Of a stretch of 64,000 bases of DNA, positions 21,274-31,710 are shown one piece after another (positions within the stretch are counted from its first letter, which is position 1; each line of letters begins with the position of its first letter). The position numbers and the translations under genes are program-made. The DNA is from an uncultured Alphaproteobacteria bacterium (GTDB taxonomy: Bacteria; Pseudomonadota; Alphaproteobacteria; Rhizobiales; Beijerinckiaceae): positions 51,579-115,578 of the forward strand of contig CAWEYC010000039.1 in the NCBI GenBank assembly GCA_963813195.1, written 5' to 3'. The notes under the pieces were generated by a model. The model ran no database searches, was not told the DNA's origin, and was given only the letters and a program-made list of their open reading frames with translations.

Positions 21274-23373
21274 ATGCGCCCCGCCTTGCTCGATCCCCTG
21301 TTCGCCCCAGCCGGCGCCTTGCCCGGCGTTGGACCGAAGAATGCCAAACTCTTCGACAAGCTGCTCGGTCGCCCGCACGGCGCGCGCGTGCTCGACGTGC
21401 TGTTCCATTTGCCCTACGCCGCGCTCGACCGGCGCGCTCGGCCCAAGATTCGCGACGCGCAGCCGGATGCGATCGCGACGCTCGAAGTGCGCGTCGTCGA
21501 GCATCGGCCGCCGCCGAGCCCGCGCTCAAAGGCGCCCTTCAAAGTTCTGGTCGAGGACGATACGGGCGATGTCGAGCTGGTGTTCTTTCTCGCCAATACC
21601 GAATGGATCAAGAAGCGCCTTCCGGTCGGCGCCACGCGGTGGGTGTCCGGAAAGCTCGAAATGTGGGACGGCCATTTTCAGATGGTCCACCCCGATCGCG
21701 TGATGGACGCCGAGGAACTGGCGAAAATGCCGGCGGTCGAGCCGGTCTACGGCCTCACCGAAGGCCTTTATCCACGCACGGTCGCCAAGGCTGCGCAGGG
21801 CGCGCTGATGCGGTTGCCGCGCCTGCCCGAATGGATCGACGACGCCACCGCCGCCCGTCTAAAGGCGCCTAGCTTCGAGGGGGCGCTCGGCGCGCTCCAC
21901 AACCCGAGCGCGCCCGGCGACATCGACCTAGCCGGGCCCGCCGCGACTCGCCTTGCTTATGATGAATTGCTCGCCAACCAGCTCGCACTGCTGATGGTGC
22001 GCGCGCGCATGCGCAACATCGCAGGTCGCGCGCATGTCAGCGCCGGCCGGCTCGGGCAAACAATACTCGACGCCCTGCCGTTCTCGCTTACGGGATCGCA
22101 GGCGAAAGCGGTCGTTGAAATCCGCGATGATCTTGGTGCGCCCAAACGCATGATCCGCCTGCTGCAGGGCGATGTCGGCTCGGGCAAAACGATCATCGCG
22201 CTCGTCGCGATGGCCGACGTTGTGGAGGCAGGACGACAGGCGGCGTTGATGGCGCCGACGGAAATTCTGGCTCGCCAGCATTTCGAGCGCATGCGCCCGC
22301 TCGCCGCCGCCGCCGGCCTGCGCATCGCGCTGATGACCGGACGCGACAAGGCGCATGAGCGGCGACAGGGACTCGCCGCGCTTGCGGCGGGCGAAATCGA
22401 CATCGTCGTCGGCACACATGCGTTATTCCAGGAGAGCGTGGCGTTCCGCGATCTTGGCCTCGCGGTCGTCGACGAGCAGCATCGCTTCGGCGTGCATCAG
22501 CGCCTTGCGCTTGCAGGGAAGGGGGATGCGGTCGATCTCCTCGTGATGACCGCGACGCCGATTCCGCGGACCCTGGTGCTCGCCTATTTCGGTGATATGG
22601 ACATTTCCGCTTTGATCGAGAAACCGCCTGGCCGCCTGCCGATCGACACGCGCGCGATCCCACTCGAGCGGCTCGACGAGGTCGTCGCCGGGATCGGCCG
22701 AGCGATCGCGAGCGGGGCCCGCGCCTATTGGATCTGTCCCTTGGTCGAGGAGAGCGAGGCGCTCGACGTCGCAGCGGCCGAAGAGCGTGCGGACGTCCTT
22801 CGTCAGTTTTTCGGCGACGCGGTTGGGCTGGTCCACGGCCGTATGAAGGGGCCGGAAAAGGATGCGGCGATGGAGCGGTTCCAGCGCGGCGAAACGAAAG
22901 CGCTCGTCGCCACCACGGTCGTCGAGGTCGGGGTCGACATACCGGAGGCGACGATCATGGTGATCGAGCACGCCGAGCGCTTCGGCCTCGCACAATTGCA
23001 CCAGTTGCGCGGGCGCGTCGGGCGCGGCAGGGGCCGCTCCTCCTGTCTCTTGCTTTACAAGGGGCCGCTCGGCGAGGCCGCTCGCGCGCGTCTTGAAATC
23101 TTGCGCGAGACGGAGGACGGTTTCCGCATCGCCGAGGAGGATTTGCGTCTGCGCGGCGAAGGCGACGTGCTCGGCGCGCGGCAAGCCGGCGCTCCCGGCT
23201 TCCGGCTCGCGAGGTTAGAAATTCACGGCGCGCTGCTGGCGGTCGCCCGCGCGCAGGCTCAAGCGGCGCTGGCCAAGGGCGACCGGCTGCGCGGCGAAGA
23301 GAACCGCGGCCTGCGACTGTTACTCTACTTGTTCGAGCGGGACGAGGCGGTGCGCCTGCTGGAGGCGGGGTGA
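21274..23373 (+). CDS. recG: ATP-dependent DNA helicase RecG
   Basis: LLQGDVGSGKT, DEQHRFGV, MTATPIPRTL, QLRGRVGRG. Confidence 0.97.
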   Translation: MRPALLDPLFAPAGALPGVGPKNAKLFDKLLGRPHGARVLDVLFHLPYAALDRRARPKIRDAQPDAIATLEVRVVEHRPPPSPRSKAPFKVLVEDDTGDVELVFFLANTEWIKKRLPVGATRWVSGKLEMWDGHFQMVHPDRVMDAEELAKMPAVEPVYGLTEGLYPRTVAKAAQGALMRLPRLPEWIDDATAARLKAPSFEGALGALHNPSAPGDIDLAGPAATRLAYDELLANQLALLMVRARMRNIAGRAHVSAGRLGQTILDALPFSLTGSQAKAVVEIRDDLGAPKRMIRLLQGDVGSGKTIIALVAMADVVEAGRQAALMAPTEILARQHFERMRPLAAAAGLRIALMTGRDKAHERRQGLAALAAGEIDIVVGTHALFQESVAFRDLGLAVVDEQHRFGVHQRLALAGKGDAVDLLVMTATPIPRTLVLAYFGDMDISALIEKPPGRLPIDTRAIPLERLDEVVAGIGRAIASGARAYWICPLVEESEALDVAAAEERADVLRQFFGDAVGLVHGRMKGPEKDAAMERFQRGETKALVATTVVEVGVDIPEATIMVIEHAERFGLAQLHQLRGRVGRGRGRSSCLLLYKGPLGEAARARLEILRETEDGFRIAEEDLRLRGEGDVLGARQAGAPGFRLARLEIHGALLAVARAQAQAALAKGDRLRGEENRGLRLLLYLFERDEAVRLLEAG

Positions 23374-23490
23374 CGGCGGCCTGAATTGTTGGACAAAAGC
23401 GGCTCGAAGTGCTTAATCCTCCCGCCGCCCGGGAAACCCTATACCCATGCATTCCCCCGCCGCCGCGTCCCGCTATAGCTGGAGCCGACT

Positions 23491-24228
23491 TTGCCCATTG
23501 GGATCATCATCACTATCATCGACGTCGCATTGATCGTGCACGCGGCCAAGACCGGGCGCTTCTCGCCCTGGGGCTTTATCATCCTCTTTCTGCCGGGCGT
23601 CGGCGCTCTCGCTTACGTCGTGGTGGAGCTTCTGCCTGAATGGTTCGGCTCCCACAAGGTCCGGCGGGCGCGCCAGCAGTTCGCGGGCGCGATCAATCCG
23701 ACCCGCCGCTACCGACAATTGCGCGACGAACTCGAAATCGTCGACACGATCGCCAACCGCGCCGCTTTGGCCGACGAGTGCCTGACGCTTGGCAAATACG
23801 ACGAAGCCCTGATCCAATACAACGCGGTCCTCGCCAAGCCGCTCGGCGAGGAGCCGGGCTTCGCGCTCGGCAAGGCGCGCGCCGAATACGGCGCCGGGAA
23901 CGCGCGCGCGGCGACCGCGACTCTCGAAGAGCTCAAGCGACGCTGGCCCGATTACCAGTCGGGGGACGGTCATCTGCTTTATGCGATGGCCCTGGAGAAG
24001 GTTGGGCGCGACGATGAAGCGCTCGCCAATTACGCCGACGTGAGCCGCTATTTCCCTGGCGCGGAGCCGCGGGTCCGTCAGGCCCAGTTGCTTCAGCGCC
24101 TCGGACGGGTCGCCGAAGCGCGCGAAATCGCGGAGGATGTCGCGCGAACGCTGGGCCGCGCCCCGGCGCACGTGCGCCGCAGCCAAACGCAGTGGTTGGC
24201 CGCCGCGAAGCAGATCGCCAGAGCCTGA
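23491..24228 (+). CDS. Membrane-anchored tetratricopeptide-repeat protein
   Basis: Two N-terminal hydrophobic helices followed by TPR-like helices. TTG start. Confidence 0.75.
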   Translation: MPIGIIITIIDVALIVHAAKTGRFSPWGFIILFLPGVGALAYVVVELLPEWFGSHKVRRARQQFAGAINPTRRYRQLRDELEIVDTIANRAALADECLTLGKYDEALIQYNAVLAKPLGEEPGFALGKARAEYGAGNARAATATLEELKRRWPDYQSGDGHLLYAMALEKVGRDDEALANYADVSRYFPGAEPRVRQAQLLQRLGRVAEAREIAEDVARTLGRAPAHVRRSQTQWLAAAKQIARA

Positions 24229-24307
24229 CGCTTTGCCCTGACTTCCGCGAAGTCTGGCGCCACTGCTCGATCGGCCTGCGCGCGCCGCGAAATTGTGAGG
24301 AGATGGC

Positions 24308-25258
24308 ATGGGCATCCTGGTGAACGGCGAATGGCGGGTCGACGGCGAGTTCCCAAAGGACCCGTCGGGGCGATTCGTGCGGCCCGATACCGCGTTCCGC
24401 GATTGGGTGACCCCGGACGGGTCGGTGGGGCCGACGGGGGAGGGCGGGTTCGCGGCCGAAGCGGGTCGCTACCACCTCTATGTCTCGCTCGCCTGTCCGT
24501 GGGCGCACCGAACTCTCATTTTTCGCAAGCTCAAAGGCCTCGATGAGATGGTCGGCCTGTCGGTCGTCAATTGGCATATGGGTGACGACGGCTGGACGTT
24601 CGCAGAGGGCCGCGGCGTCATCCCCGATCCGGTCCGCGGCGCTCGTTGTCTCTATGAACTCTATACGGCCTCGCGGCCCGACTATACGGGCCGCGTCAGC
24701 GTGCCCGTTCTTTTCGACAAGAAGCGCGGCCGGATTGTCAACAACGAGTTGGCCGATATCATCCGGATGTTCAATTCCGCGTTCGACGGCCTCGGCGCGG
24801 CGCCGGGGGACTTTTACCCCGCGGACTTGCGCGGCGAGATCGATGCCCTCAATGCGCGCATCTACGCAACCGTGAACAACGGCGTCTACCGTTCTGGATT
24901 TGCCGCCAAACAGCCCGCTTACGAAGAGGCGGTGATTGCGTTGTTCGAAACCCTCGACGCGCTGGAACCGCGGCTCGCCGACAAGCGGTTTCTGTTGGGC
25001 GATCGCCTGACCGAGGCGGATTGGCGTCTATTCACGACCCTCGTACGTTTCGACCCGGTCTACGTCGGGTTGTTCAAGTGCAACATCCGGCGCATCGCCG
25101 ATTACCCCCATCTCACGCGGTATTTCGGCGAGCTACGCGCCTGGCCAGGGATCAGCGAAACCATCGATCTCTTCCATATCAAGCAGCACTATTACGGCAG
25201 CCTTATCTTCATAAATCCCACGGGAATTGTGCCGTTGGGGCCAGCCGACTCCAAATGA
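24308..25258 (+). CDS. yqjG: Glutathionyl-hydroquinone reductase (omega-class GST)
   Basis: YHLYVSLACPWAHRTLI, VNNGVYRSGFA, LFTTLVRFDPVY. Confidence 0.9.
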   Translation: MGILVNGEWRVDGEFPKDPSGRFVRPDTAFRDWVTPDGSVGPTGEGGFAAEAGRYHLYVSLACPWAHRTLIFRKLKGLDEMVGLSVVNWHMGDDGWTFAEGRGVIPDPVRGARCLYELYTASRPDYTGRVSVPVLFDKKRGRIVNNELADIIRMFNSAFDGLGAAPGDFYPADLRGEIDALNARIYATVNNGVYRSGFAAKQPAYEEAVIALFETLDALEPRLADKRFLLGDRLTEADWRLFTTLVRFDPVYVGLFKCNIRRIADYPHLTRYFGELRAWPGISETIDLFHIKQHYYGSLIFINPTGIVPLGPADSK

Positions 25259-25344
25259 GGTAACTCGCCAATTTGCCGCCGCGGTTCGCTTCTGCGAGGT
25301 TTTCCTCGCCGCCGTTTCGCCTTACGGTGAAGCCGGAAAGGGCC

Positions 25345-26106
25345 ATGGGCGGGCGAAGTCGGATGGGGCTGTCGAGCTGGATGCGCGCGGCGCGCCTGAG
25401 CGCCGCAATAGCGTTCGCAACGGCCGGGGCTTCGGTCGCCAATGCAGCGCCGCCGCCAAAAGTTGACGTCGTCGCCTTTGGCCTCTGGGGCGATCAGAGC
25501 GTTTTCGCCAGCGAAGCCGCGGGAGCGGCGCGCATCGTCGCTCGTCGATACGGCCACGGCGGCACGGTGATCGTGCGGGCCAACACTAAGCGGCGCGGCG
25601 ACGCCACGGAAGGAAATCTCCGCTCGGCCCTTGCCTCGCTCGGCGCGACGATGGACCCGGAGCGCGACATTCTGTTCCTCATTCTCACTTCGCACGGCGA
25701 CCAAGAAGGCGTCGGGGTCGCCACGCCAAGCGGAAAGTCATTCATCACGCCGATCGAATTGCGCAACATGGTGCGCGAGAGCGGCGTGCGGCTCAGCGTG
25801 GTCGTCGTTTCCGCCTGCTATTCCGGAGTATTCGCCGATGCGCTCGCCGAGCCTGACACACTCGTCATCACGGCCGCGGACGCGGGCCATCCCTCTTTCG
25901 GCTGCCGCGACGGCGCGAAATGGACGACTTTCGGCGAGGCGTTCTTCCGCTATGCGCTCGCGCAGACCAAGACGCTGCCAGACGCCTTCGCGCTTGCGCG
26001 CAGCCGCATCGCGGCTCGCGAACACGCCGAGGGCTATGATCCCTCGAACCCGCAAATGGCCGGCGGCGAGCGCGTACTGGAGCGCCTGCGCGGCGGCGGC
26101 GAATAA
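25345..26106 (+). CDS. Peptidase C13 family protein
   Basis: FLILTSHG and VVSACYSG His/Cys dyad motifs, SFGC, signal-like N-terminus. Confidence 0.8.
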   Translation: MGGRSRMGLSSWMRAARLSAAIAFATAGASVANAAPPPKVDVVAFGLWGDQSVFASEAAGAARIVARRYGHGGTVIVRANTKRRGDATEGNLRSALASLGATMDPERDILFLILTSHGDQEGVGVATPSGKSFITPIELRNMVRESGVRLSVVVVSACYSGVFADALAEPDTLVITAADAGHPSFGCRDGAKWTTFGEAFFRYALAQTKTLPDAFALARSRIAAREHAEGYDPSNPQMAGGERVLERLRGGGE

Positions 26107-26329
26107 ACCACGGTCGGCCCATGCCGACGGCCGGGCCGGCGTATCGCCGCTCACCCCATTCATCGCCGAATTGCTGCGATTGCGACAATTCGAAGAAGTT
26201 TTCATAAAAAGCCTCAAACATTTTGCAGCATTGTATCGGCTGTCGCACGCCATGCGGTCGCGCCTCCGTCCCACTCTCCCTCAACCCGGGACGTGGCGGC
26301 GTCGGGCTCGAGCTGGAAGAGGTGACGCT

Positions 26330-26524
26330 ATGGTCCGACGTTCAGGAGCGAATTGGGGCATCAAAGCGGCCGCATGCGCGGCGATCATCGCTTGGCAGAT
26401 CTACGAGATGGCGAGGTCGAGCGTCTTCTCGCCTGACGAGGGCAACGCACTGCGATACCTCGTCATCGGCGTCGCGCTGTTTGGCCTCATCGCCTCGCTG
26501 CTCAAGCTCAACGCCGACTACTAG
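26330..26524 (+). CDS. Small two-helix membrane protein (64 aa)
   Basis: GAGG RBS then MVRRSGANWGIKAAACAAIIAWQIYEM...LRYLVIGVALFGLIASLLK. Confidence 0.55.
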   Translation: MVRRSGANWGIKAAACAAIIAWQIYEMARSSVFSPDEGNALRYLVIGVALFGLIASLLKLNADY

Positions 26525-26657
26525 GCGCGATGCGTCGATCGCTTCTCGCGCCGGGCACGCGTGAGACTCGAGGAAGGCTGACTTTCTCGCCCGCCCCCGC
26601 TATAAGCCGCGCGACGTTGGGCGCGCGCTGAGGCCGCGCCTCCCCCTGAGGATGCTC

Positions 26658-26963
26658 ATGTCTGGTTCCGATCTCTCGAGCGCCGGGCTCGACGCGCGGC
26701 GGCGGCGCGTATTGTTTCGCGCCTGGCGGCGCGGTCTGCGCGAGATGGACCTGGTCATGGGCCGGTTCGCCGATAGGAACCTGCGTGAGATGGGTGAAGC
26801 CGATTTGAGCGAATTCGAGCGCCTCCTCGACGTTCCCGACCCGCAGGTTCTCGCCTGGATCACCGGCGAGGCGCCGACGCCGCCGACCTTCGATACGCCG
26901 CTGTTCGCGCGCCTGCGCGCCGCGCCGCGAGAAGCCTTGATTAGGGAAGCCGCCGGAAAGTGA
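26658..26963 (+). CDS. sdhE: FAD assembly factor SdhE / succinate dehydrogenase assembly factor 2
   Basis: RAWRRGLREMDL (RGxxE motif), coupled to mfd as usual in alphaproteobacteria. Confidence 0.92.
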   Translation: MSGSDLSSAGLDARRRRVLFRAWRRGLREMDLVMGRFADRNLREMGEADLSEFERLLDVPDPQVLAWITGEAPTPPTFDTPLFARLRAAPREALIREAAGK

Positions 26964-29900
26964 AATCACTCGCCTCCGCCGTCGAGCGTCTCGCGCAAAG
27001 CGGCGACGTCACGCTCTCTCGCGCGCCCGAAGGATTCGACGCCTTCGTTGTTGCCGAACTCGCGCGCAGCTTTGCGCGCGCCGGGGAAGAGCGGGCCGCC
27101 GCGCTGGTTTTCGTCGCACGCGACGGGGTCCGGGCGCAGAGCTTCATCGACGCGCTGGCCTTCGCCGCTCCCGAGATCGAAGCGCTCTACCTGCCGTCGT
27201 GGGATTGCCAGCCTTACGACCGCGTTTCGCCGAACGCGGCTGTCTCGGCTCAGCGCATGACGGCTCTGGCGCGGTTGGCGCGGACGCGCGGCGCGCTGGA
27301 GCGGCCGCGCGCGCTCGTCGTCACAGTCAATGGCCTCGTGCAACGCGTTCCCCCGCTGAAATTCGTCTCGGGATCGGCCTTCTCCGCCGCACCGGGTAAC
27401 AGCGTGCGGATGGAGGACCTCGCGCTCTGGCTCGAGGCCAACGGCTACGGCCGCGCAAGCTCGGTGCGCGACGTCGGCGACTACGCCACGCGCGGCGGCA
27501 TTCTCGATCTTTATCCGCCAGGCGCGCCGGCGCCGATCCGCCTCGATTTCTTCGGCGACACTCTCGAATCCATTCGCTCGTTCGATCCAGAGACCCAGCG
27601 CAGCGTCGGTCAATTGCGCGCGCTCGATCTGGTGCCGATGAGCGAGGCGCGACTGACGAGCGAATCGATCCGCCGATTTCGTCAGGCCTATACGGCGGAG
27701 TTCGGTGCGCCGAGGCGCGGCGACGCGCTCTACGAGGCTGTCAGCGAAGGGCGTCGCGCGATCGGCCTGGAACACTGGCTGCCGCTGCTCTACGAGACGA
27801 TGGACAGCGTGTTCGATTACGCGGCGGGCGCGCCGTTCGTGCTCGACGCGCGTGTCGAAGACGCCGCCCACGAGCGTTTCGCGCAGATCGCCGATTATTA
27901 CGGCGCGCGCCGGGCGGCTTACGAGGAAGACCCGGCGAAGGCCGACTATCGGCCGCTCAAGCCCGATCGCCTCTACCTCGGCGAAGAGGAGTTTCGTCGC
28001 CGGCTGACGAGCGGGCCCCTCGCGCGTCTGACGCCGTTCGAGGCCTCGCCGGGCGCCGCGAACGTCGTCGACTGCGGCGGTCGGGTCGGTCGCGATTTCG
28101 CGCCGGAGCGCCTGGACGAAAACGTCAATGTCTTCGACGCCGCGGTCGGACATATCCGGACCTTGCGCGACAATGGCCTTCGCGTCGTGGTCGCAGGCTG
28201 GAGCGACGGCTCGCGCGAGCGCCTCAGTCACGTGCTCGCCGAGCATGGGCTGAAATCGCAAGAGCTGGTGTCCTCCTACGCGCAGGTGAAGACCGCCCGC
28301 GCCGGCACGTTGCCGCTCGCGGCGATCGCATTGGAGCGCGGCTTCGAGGCGGACGATCTCGCCATCGTCGGCGAGCAGGACATCCTCGGCGATCGCCTAG
28401 TCCGCCAGCAAAAGCGCAAGCGCCGGGCGCAGGACGTGCTGGCCGAAGCCGCCGCGCTGACGGCGGGCGACCTCGTCGTGCATGTCGATCACGGCATCGG
28501 CCGCTTCGTCGGCCTCAGCACGATCGAGGCTGCAGGCGCGCCGCACGACTGCCTGGAAATCCACTATGCGGGCGGCGATCGACTGTTCCTGCCGGTCGAG
28601 AATCTCGAACTGCTGTCGCGCTACGGCTCCGAGCAGGGCGAACTCGACCGCCTGGGGTCCACGGGCTGGCAGACGCGCAAGGCGCGGCTGAAGAAGCGCG
28701 TACGCGAAATGGCAGGTGAACTGATCCGGATCGCTGCGCAACGCATGACGCGGGCCGCGCCGCGGCTCCTCCCGCCCGAAGGGCTCTATGACGAATTTTG
28801 CGCGCGCTTTCCCTACGACGAGACTCAGGACCAGGCGAGCGCCATCGAGGCGACGCTCGACGATCTCGCGGCGGGACGGCCGATGGACCGGCTCGTCTGC
28901 GGTGACGTCGGCTTCGGCAAGACGGAGGTCGCACTGCGCGCCGCCTTCGCCGCCGCGATCAACGGCAAGCAGACCGCGATCGTCGTTCCCACGACCTTGC
29001 TTGCTCGCCAGCACGCGAAGAACTTCGTGCAGCGCTTCGCCGGCCTGCCGATCCGGATCGGGCAATTGTCTCGCATGATCGGCGCCGCCGAGCAGCGCGA
29101 AGTGAAGAAGGGTCTCGCCGAAGGCGCGATCGACATCGCGGTCGGCACGCACGCGCTGCTCGGCAAAACGGTCGCCTTCAAGGATCTCGGCCTCGTCGTC
29201 ATCGACGAGGAGCAGCACTTCGGCGTCGGACACAAGGAGCGCCTGAAGGAGCTGCGCTCGGAGGTGCACGTGCTCACGCTGTCGGCGACGCCGATACCCC
29301 GCACGCTGCAACTCGCCATGACCGGCGTGCGCGAATTGTCGATCATCGCGACGCCGCCGATCGATCGGCTTGCCGTGCGCTCGTTCGTCTCGCCCTTCGA
29401 CGCGCTGATTGTGCGCGAGGCGCTGCTGCGCGAGCGCTATCGCGGCGGACAGTCGTTCTATGTCTGCCCGCGCATCGAGGACCTCGACGAGGCCGCGGCG
29501 TTCCTGCGACAAAACGTCCCTGAGGCCAAGTTCGTCGTCGCTCACGGCCAGATGGCGGCGCGCGAACTCGAGGACAAGATCGGCGCGTTCTACGACGGCA
29601 AATACGACATTCTGTTGTCGACCTCGATCGTCGAATCCGGGCTCGACATCCCCCGCGCCAACACGCTGATCGTCCATCGCGCCGACATGTTCGGCCTCGC
29701 GCAGCTCTATCAATTGCGCGGCCGGGTCGGTCGCGCGAAGACGCGCGCCTACGCGATCTTCACTACGCCGCCCAACAGGCCGGTGACGACGCAGGCGCAG
29801 AAGCGGCTCGAGGTCTTGCAATCGCTGGATACGCTCGGCGCTGGTTTCCAGCTCGCGAGCCACGATCTCGATCTGCGCGGGGCAGGCAATCTGCTCGGCG

Positions 29901-30466
29901 AGGAACAATCGGGCCACATCAAGGAAGTCGGCTACGAACTCTATCAGCAGATGGTGCAGGACGCGATCGAGCGTCTCAAGGCGGGGGTCGACGAGCCCGC
30001 GCAGGAGATGTGGTCGCCGACGATTTCGCTCGGCGCGCCGGTGACGATCCCGGAGGCCTATATCCCCGACCTGCCGACGCGCCTCGCGCTCTATCGGCGG
30101 CTCTCGGCGCTCGAAGAGGACGCCGACATCGATGCGATGGGCGCCGAGATCGTCGACCGCTTCGGGCCGCCGCCGCAGGAGGTGGCGCTGCTGCTGAAGC
30201 TGGTGACGATCAAGGCGCTCTGCCGGCGCGCGCATGTCGAAAAGCTCGACGCTGGCGCGAAAGGGCTGACGCTCGCCTTCCGCGACAATTCCTTCGCCAA
30301 TCCAGCCGGCCTCGTGAAATGGGTGACGGGCCAGGGCTCGCTCGCCCGCGTCCGCCCGGACATGCGCATCGTCGTGACCGGCGACTTCGACGAGCTGCCG
30401 CAGCGGCTCGAGGGAACGCTGGCGATCATGCGCGAGATCGCGGCGATCGCGCGCAAGAAGGGGTAG
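26960..30466 (+). CDS. mfd: Transcription-repair coupling factor
   Basis: 1168 aa, VHVDHGIG CarD-like domain, CGDVGFGKTEVA, DEEQHFGV, QLRGRVGR. Confidence 0.98.
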   Translation: MKSLASAVERLAQSGDVTLSRAPEGFDAFVVAELARSFARAGEERAAALVFVARDGVRAQSFIDALAFAAPEIEALYLPSWDCQPYDRVSPNAAVSAQRMTALARLARTRGALERPRALVVTVNGLVQRVPPLKFVSGSAFSAAPGNSVRMEDLALWLEANGYGRASSVRDVGDYATRGGILDLYPPGAPAPIRLDFFGDTLESIRSFDPETQRSVGQLRALDLVPMSEARLTSESIRRFRQAYTAEFGAPRRGDALYEAVSEGRRAIGLEHWLPLLYETMDSVFDYAAGAPFVLDARVEDAAHERFAQIADYYGARRAAYEEDPAKADYRPLKPDRLYLGEEEFRRRLTSGPLARLTPFEASPGAANVVDCGGRVGRDFAPERLDENVNVFDAAVGHIRTLRDNGLRVVVAGWSDGSRERLSHVLAEHGLKSQELVSSYAQVKTARAGTLPLAAIALERGFEADDLAIVGEQDILGDRLVRQQKRKRRAQDVLAEAAALTAGDLVVHVDHGIGRFVGLSTIEAAGAPHDCLEIHYAGGDRLFLPVENLELLSRYGSEQGELDRLGSTGWQTRKARLKKRVREMAGELIRIAAQRMTRAAPRLLPPEGLYDEFCARFPYDETQDQASAIEATLDDLAAGRPMDRLVCGDVGFGKTEVALRAAFAAAINGKQTAIVVPTTLLARQHAKNFVQRFAGLPIRIGQLSRMIGAAEQREVKKGLAEGAIDIAVGTHALLGKTVAFKDLGLVVIDEEQHFGVGHKERLKELRSEVHVLTLSATPIPRTLQLAMTGVRELSIIATPPIDRLAVRSFVSPFDALIVREALLRERYRGGQSFYVCPRIEDLDEAAAFLRQNVPEAKFVVAHGQMAARELEDKIGAFYDGKYDILLSTSIVESGLDIPRANTLIVHRADMFGLAQLYQLRGRVGRAKTRAYAIFTTPPNRPVTTQAQKRLEVLQSLDTLGAGFQLASHDLDLRGAGNLLGEEQSGHIKEVGYELYQQMVQDAIERLKAGVDEPAQEMWSPTISLGAPVTIPEAYIPDLPTRLALYRRLSALEEDADIDAMGAEIVDRFGPPPQEVALLLKLVTIKALCRRAHVEKLDAGAKGLTLAFRDNSFANPAGLVKWVTGQGSLARVRPDMRIVVTGDFDELPQRLEGTLAIMREIAAIARKKG

Positions 30467-30519
30467 CCGCGGGTCGATCGCGATTGCTCGTTGTTCTGAG
30501 ATGGAATCAAGCCTCCGCC

Positions 30520-30604
30520 GTCTTGGCGAGCAAAGCGGCGCCATCCAGACGTCGGGATCGCGGCGGCGGCTCAGTCTGGATCGCCACGCTTCGCTCGCGA
30601 AGAC
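30520..30604. repeat. REP-like palindromic element, family A copy 1
   Basis: gtcttggcgagcaaagcggcgccatccagac ... gtctggatcgccacgcttcgctcgcgaagac, similar to the copies at 33261 and 40539. Confidence 0.75.
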
Positions 30605-30638
30605 GGCGGGCTCCGGTTCGACCTAAATACAAAGCGCT

Positions 30639-31563
30639 CTAAAAAATCGACCAGCGCATCCGCTTGGCGAGCTTCTCCAGCGCGATGGCGCCGAGATACG
30701 AATTGCCGTTGGCGTCGAGGCCGGGCGACCACACGGCGATCGAGGCCTTGCCGGGCGCGACGGCGAGTATGCCGCCGCCGACGCCGCTCTTGCCCGGCAG
30801 TCCGACGCGAAAGGCGAAATCGCCGGAGCCGTCGTAGTGACCGCAGGTCAACATCAGCGCGTTGATGCGCCGCGCCCTCTCCGGCGACACGATCGACATG
30901 CCCGTAGCCGGATTGCGTCCCGAGGCGGCCAGATATCGCCCGGCCAGCGCGAGTTGCCGACACGACATGGCGATCGCGCAATGGTGGAAATAGACGCCGA
31001 GGATGAAGTCGACCGGATTTTCGAGCCGAGCGAACGACTTCATGTAATTGGCGAGCGCCGCGTTACGATAGCCGGTGCGCTTTTCCGATTGCGCGACGGC
31101 CTGGTCGATGACGATGGAATTGTCCTCGGCGAGGAAGCGCACGAAGCGCAGGATTTCGCCGAGCGCCTCGCGCGGCTCATGGCCCGACAGGATCACGTCG
31201 GTCACGGTGATGGCGCCGGCGTTGACGAACGGGTTGCGCGGGATGCCTTTCTCGTATTCGAGCTGGACGATCGAATTGAACGGATTGCCGGAGGGCTCGC
31301 GGCCGACGCGTTTCCATAAGAGGTCGCCGACCAGGCCCAGGGCGAGCGTCAGCGTGAAGACCTTCGAGACGCTCTGGATCAGAGAAGGGCGCATCCGCGT
31401 CGCCCGCGACGATCACCCGTCCGTCGACATCGGCGACCGCAAGGCCGAACGCGGCGGGGTCGACCCGCGCGAGTTCCGGAATGTAGCTCGCGACCGCGCC
31501 GCGATCCGTCCGCGCCCTCATTTCGGCGGCGATGTCCTGCACAGCGGTTTCGAGATCGGTCAA
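30639..31563 (-). pseudogene. glsA: Glutaminase with a single +1 frameshift near 31381
   Basis: [12 protein letters not shown]...DAPF then SIQSVSKVF (SxxK) in a shifted frame, plus NPFVNAGAI and [14 protein letters not shown] start at 31563. Confidence 0.88.
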
Positions 31564-31652
31564 CGGTTTCCCCGGGGGCGAAAAGGACGCGGCTCTTACG
31601 CTAAAGCACGGCGATCGGAAAACCAGCGCCCATTCGCGAACATCGATGGGCG

Positions 31653-31710
31653 CCAAACTTTTCCAAGGGTTTTCCAAACGTTCCCAAGGAATTTCCAAAC
31701 TTTTCCAAAT
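31653..31710. repeat. Phased TTTTCCAA-like repeats (about 10-11 bp period)
   Basis: ccaaac ttttccaagg gttttccaaac gttcccaagg aatttccaaac ttttccaaat abutting the IS66 left end. Confidence 0.6.

Noticed and set aside
25631-26524. 297-aa ORF overlapping the C13 peptidase
   Set aside because: Only the last 64 codons look protein-like and have their own RBS.
28397-30544. 715-aa minus-strand ORF
   Set aside because: Antisense to mfd.
31653-31710. Replication origin with DnaA boxes
   Set aside because: TTTTCCAAA differs from the TTWTNCACA consensus, and no dnaA/rep/par genes are nearby.
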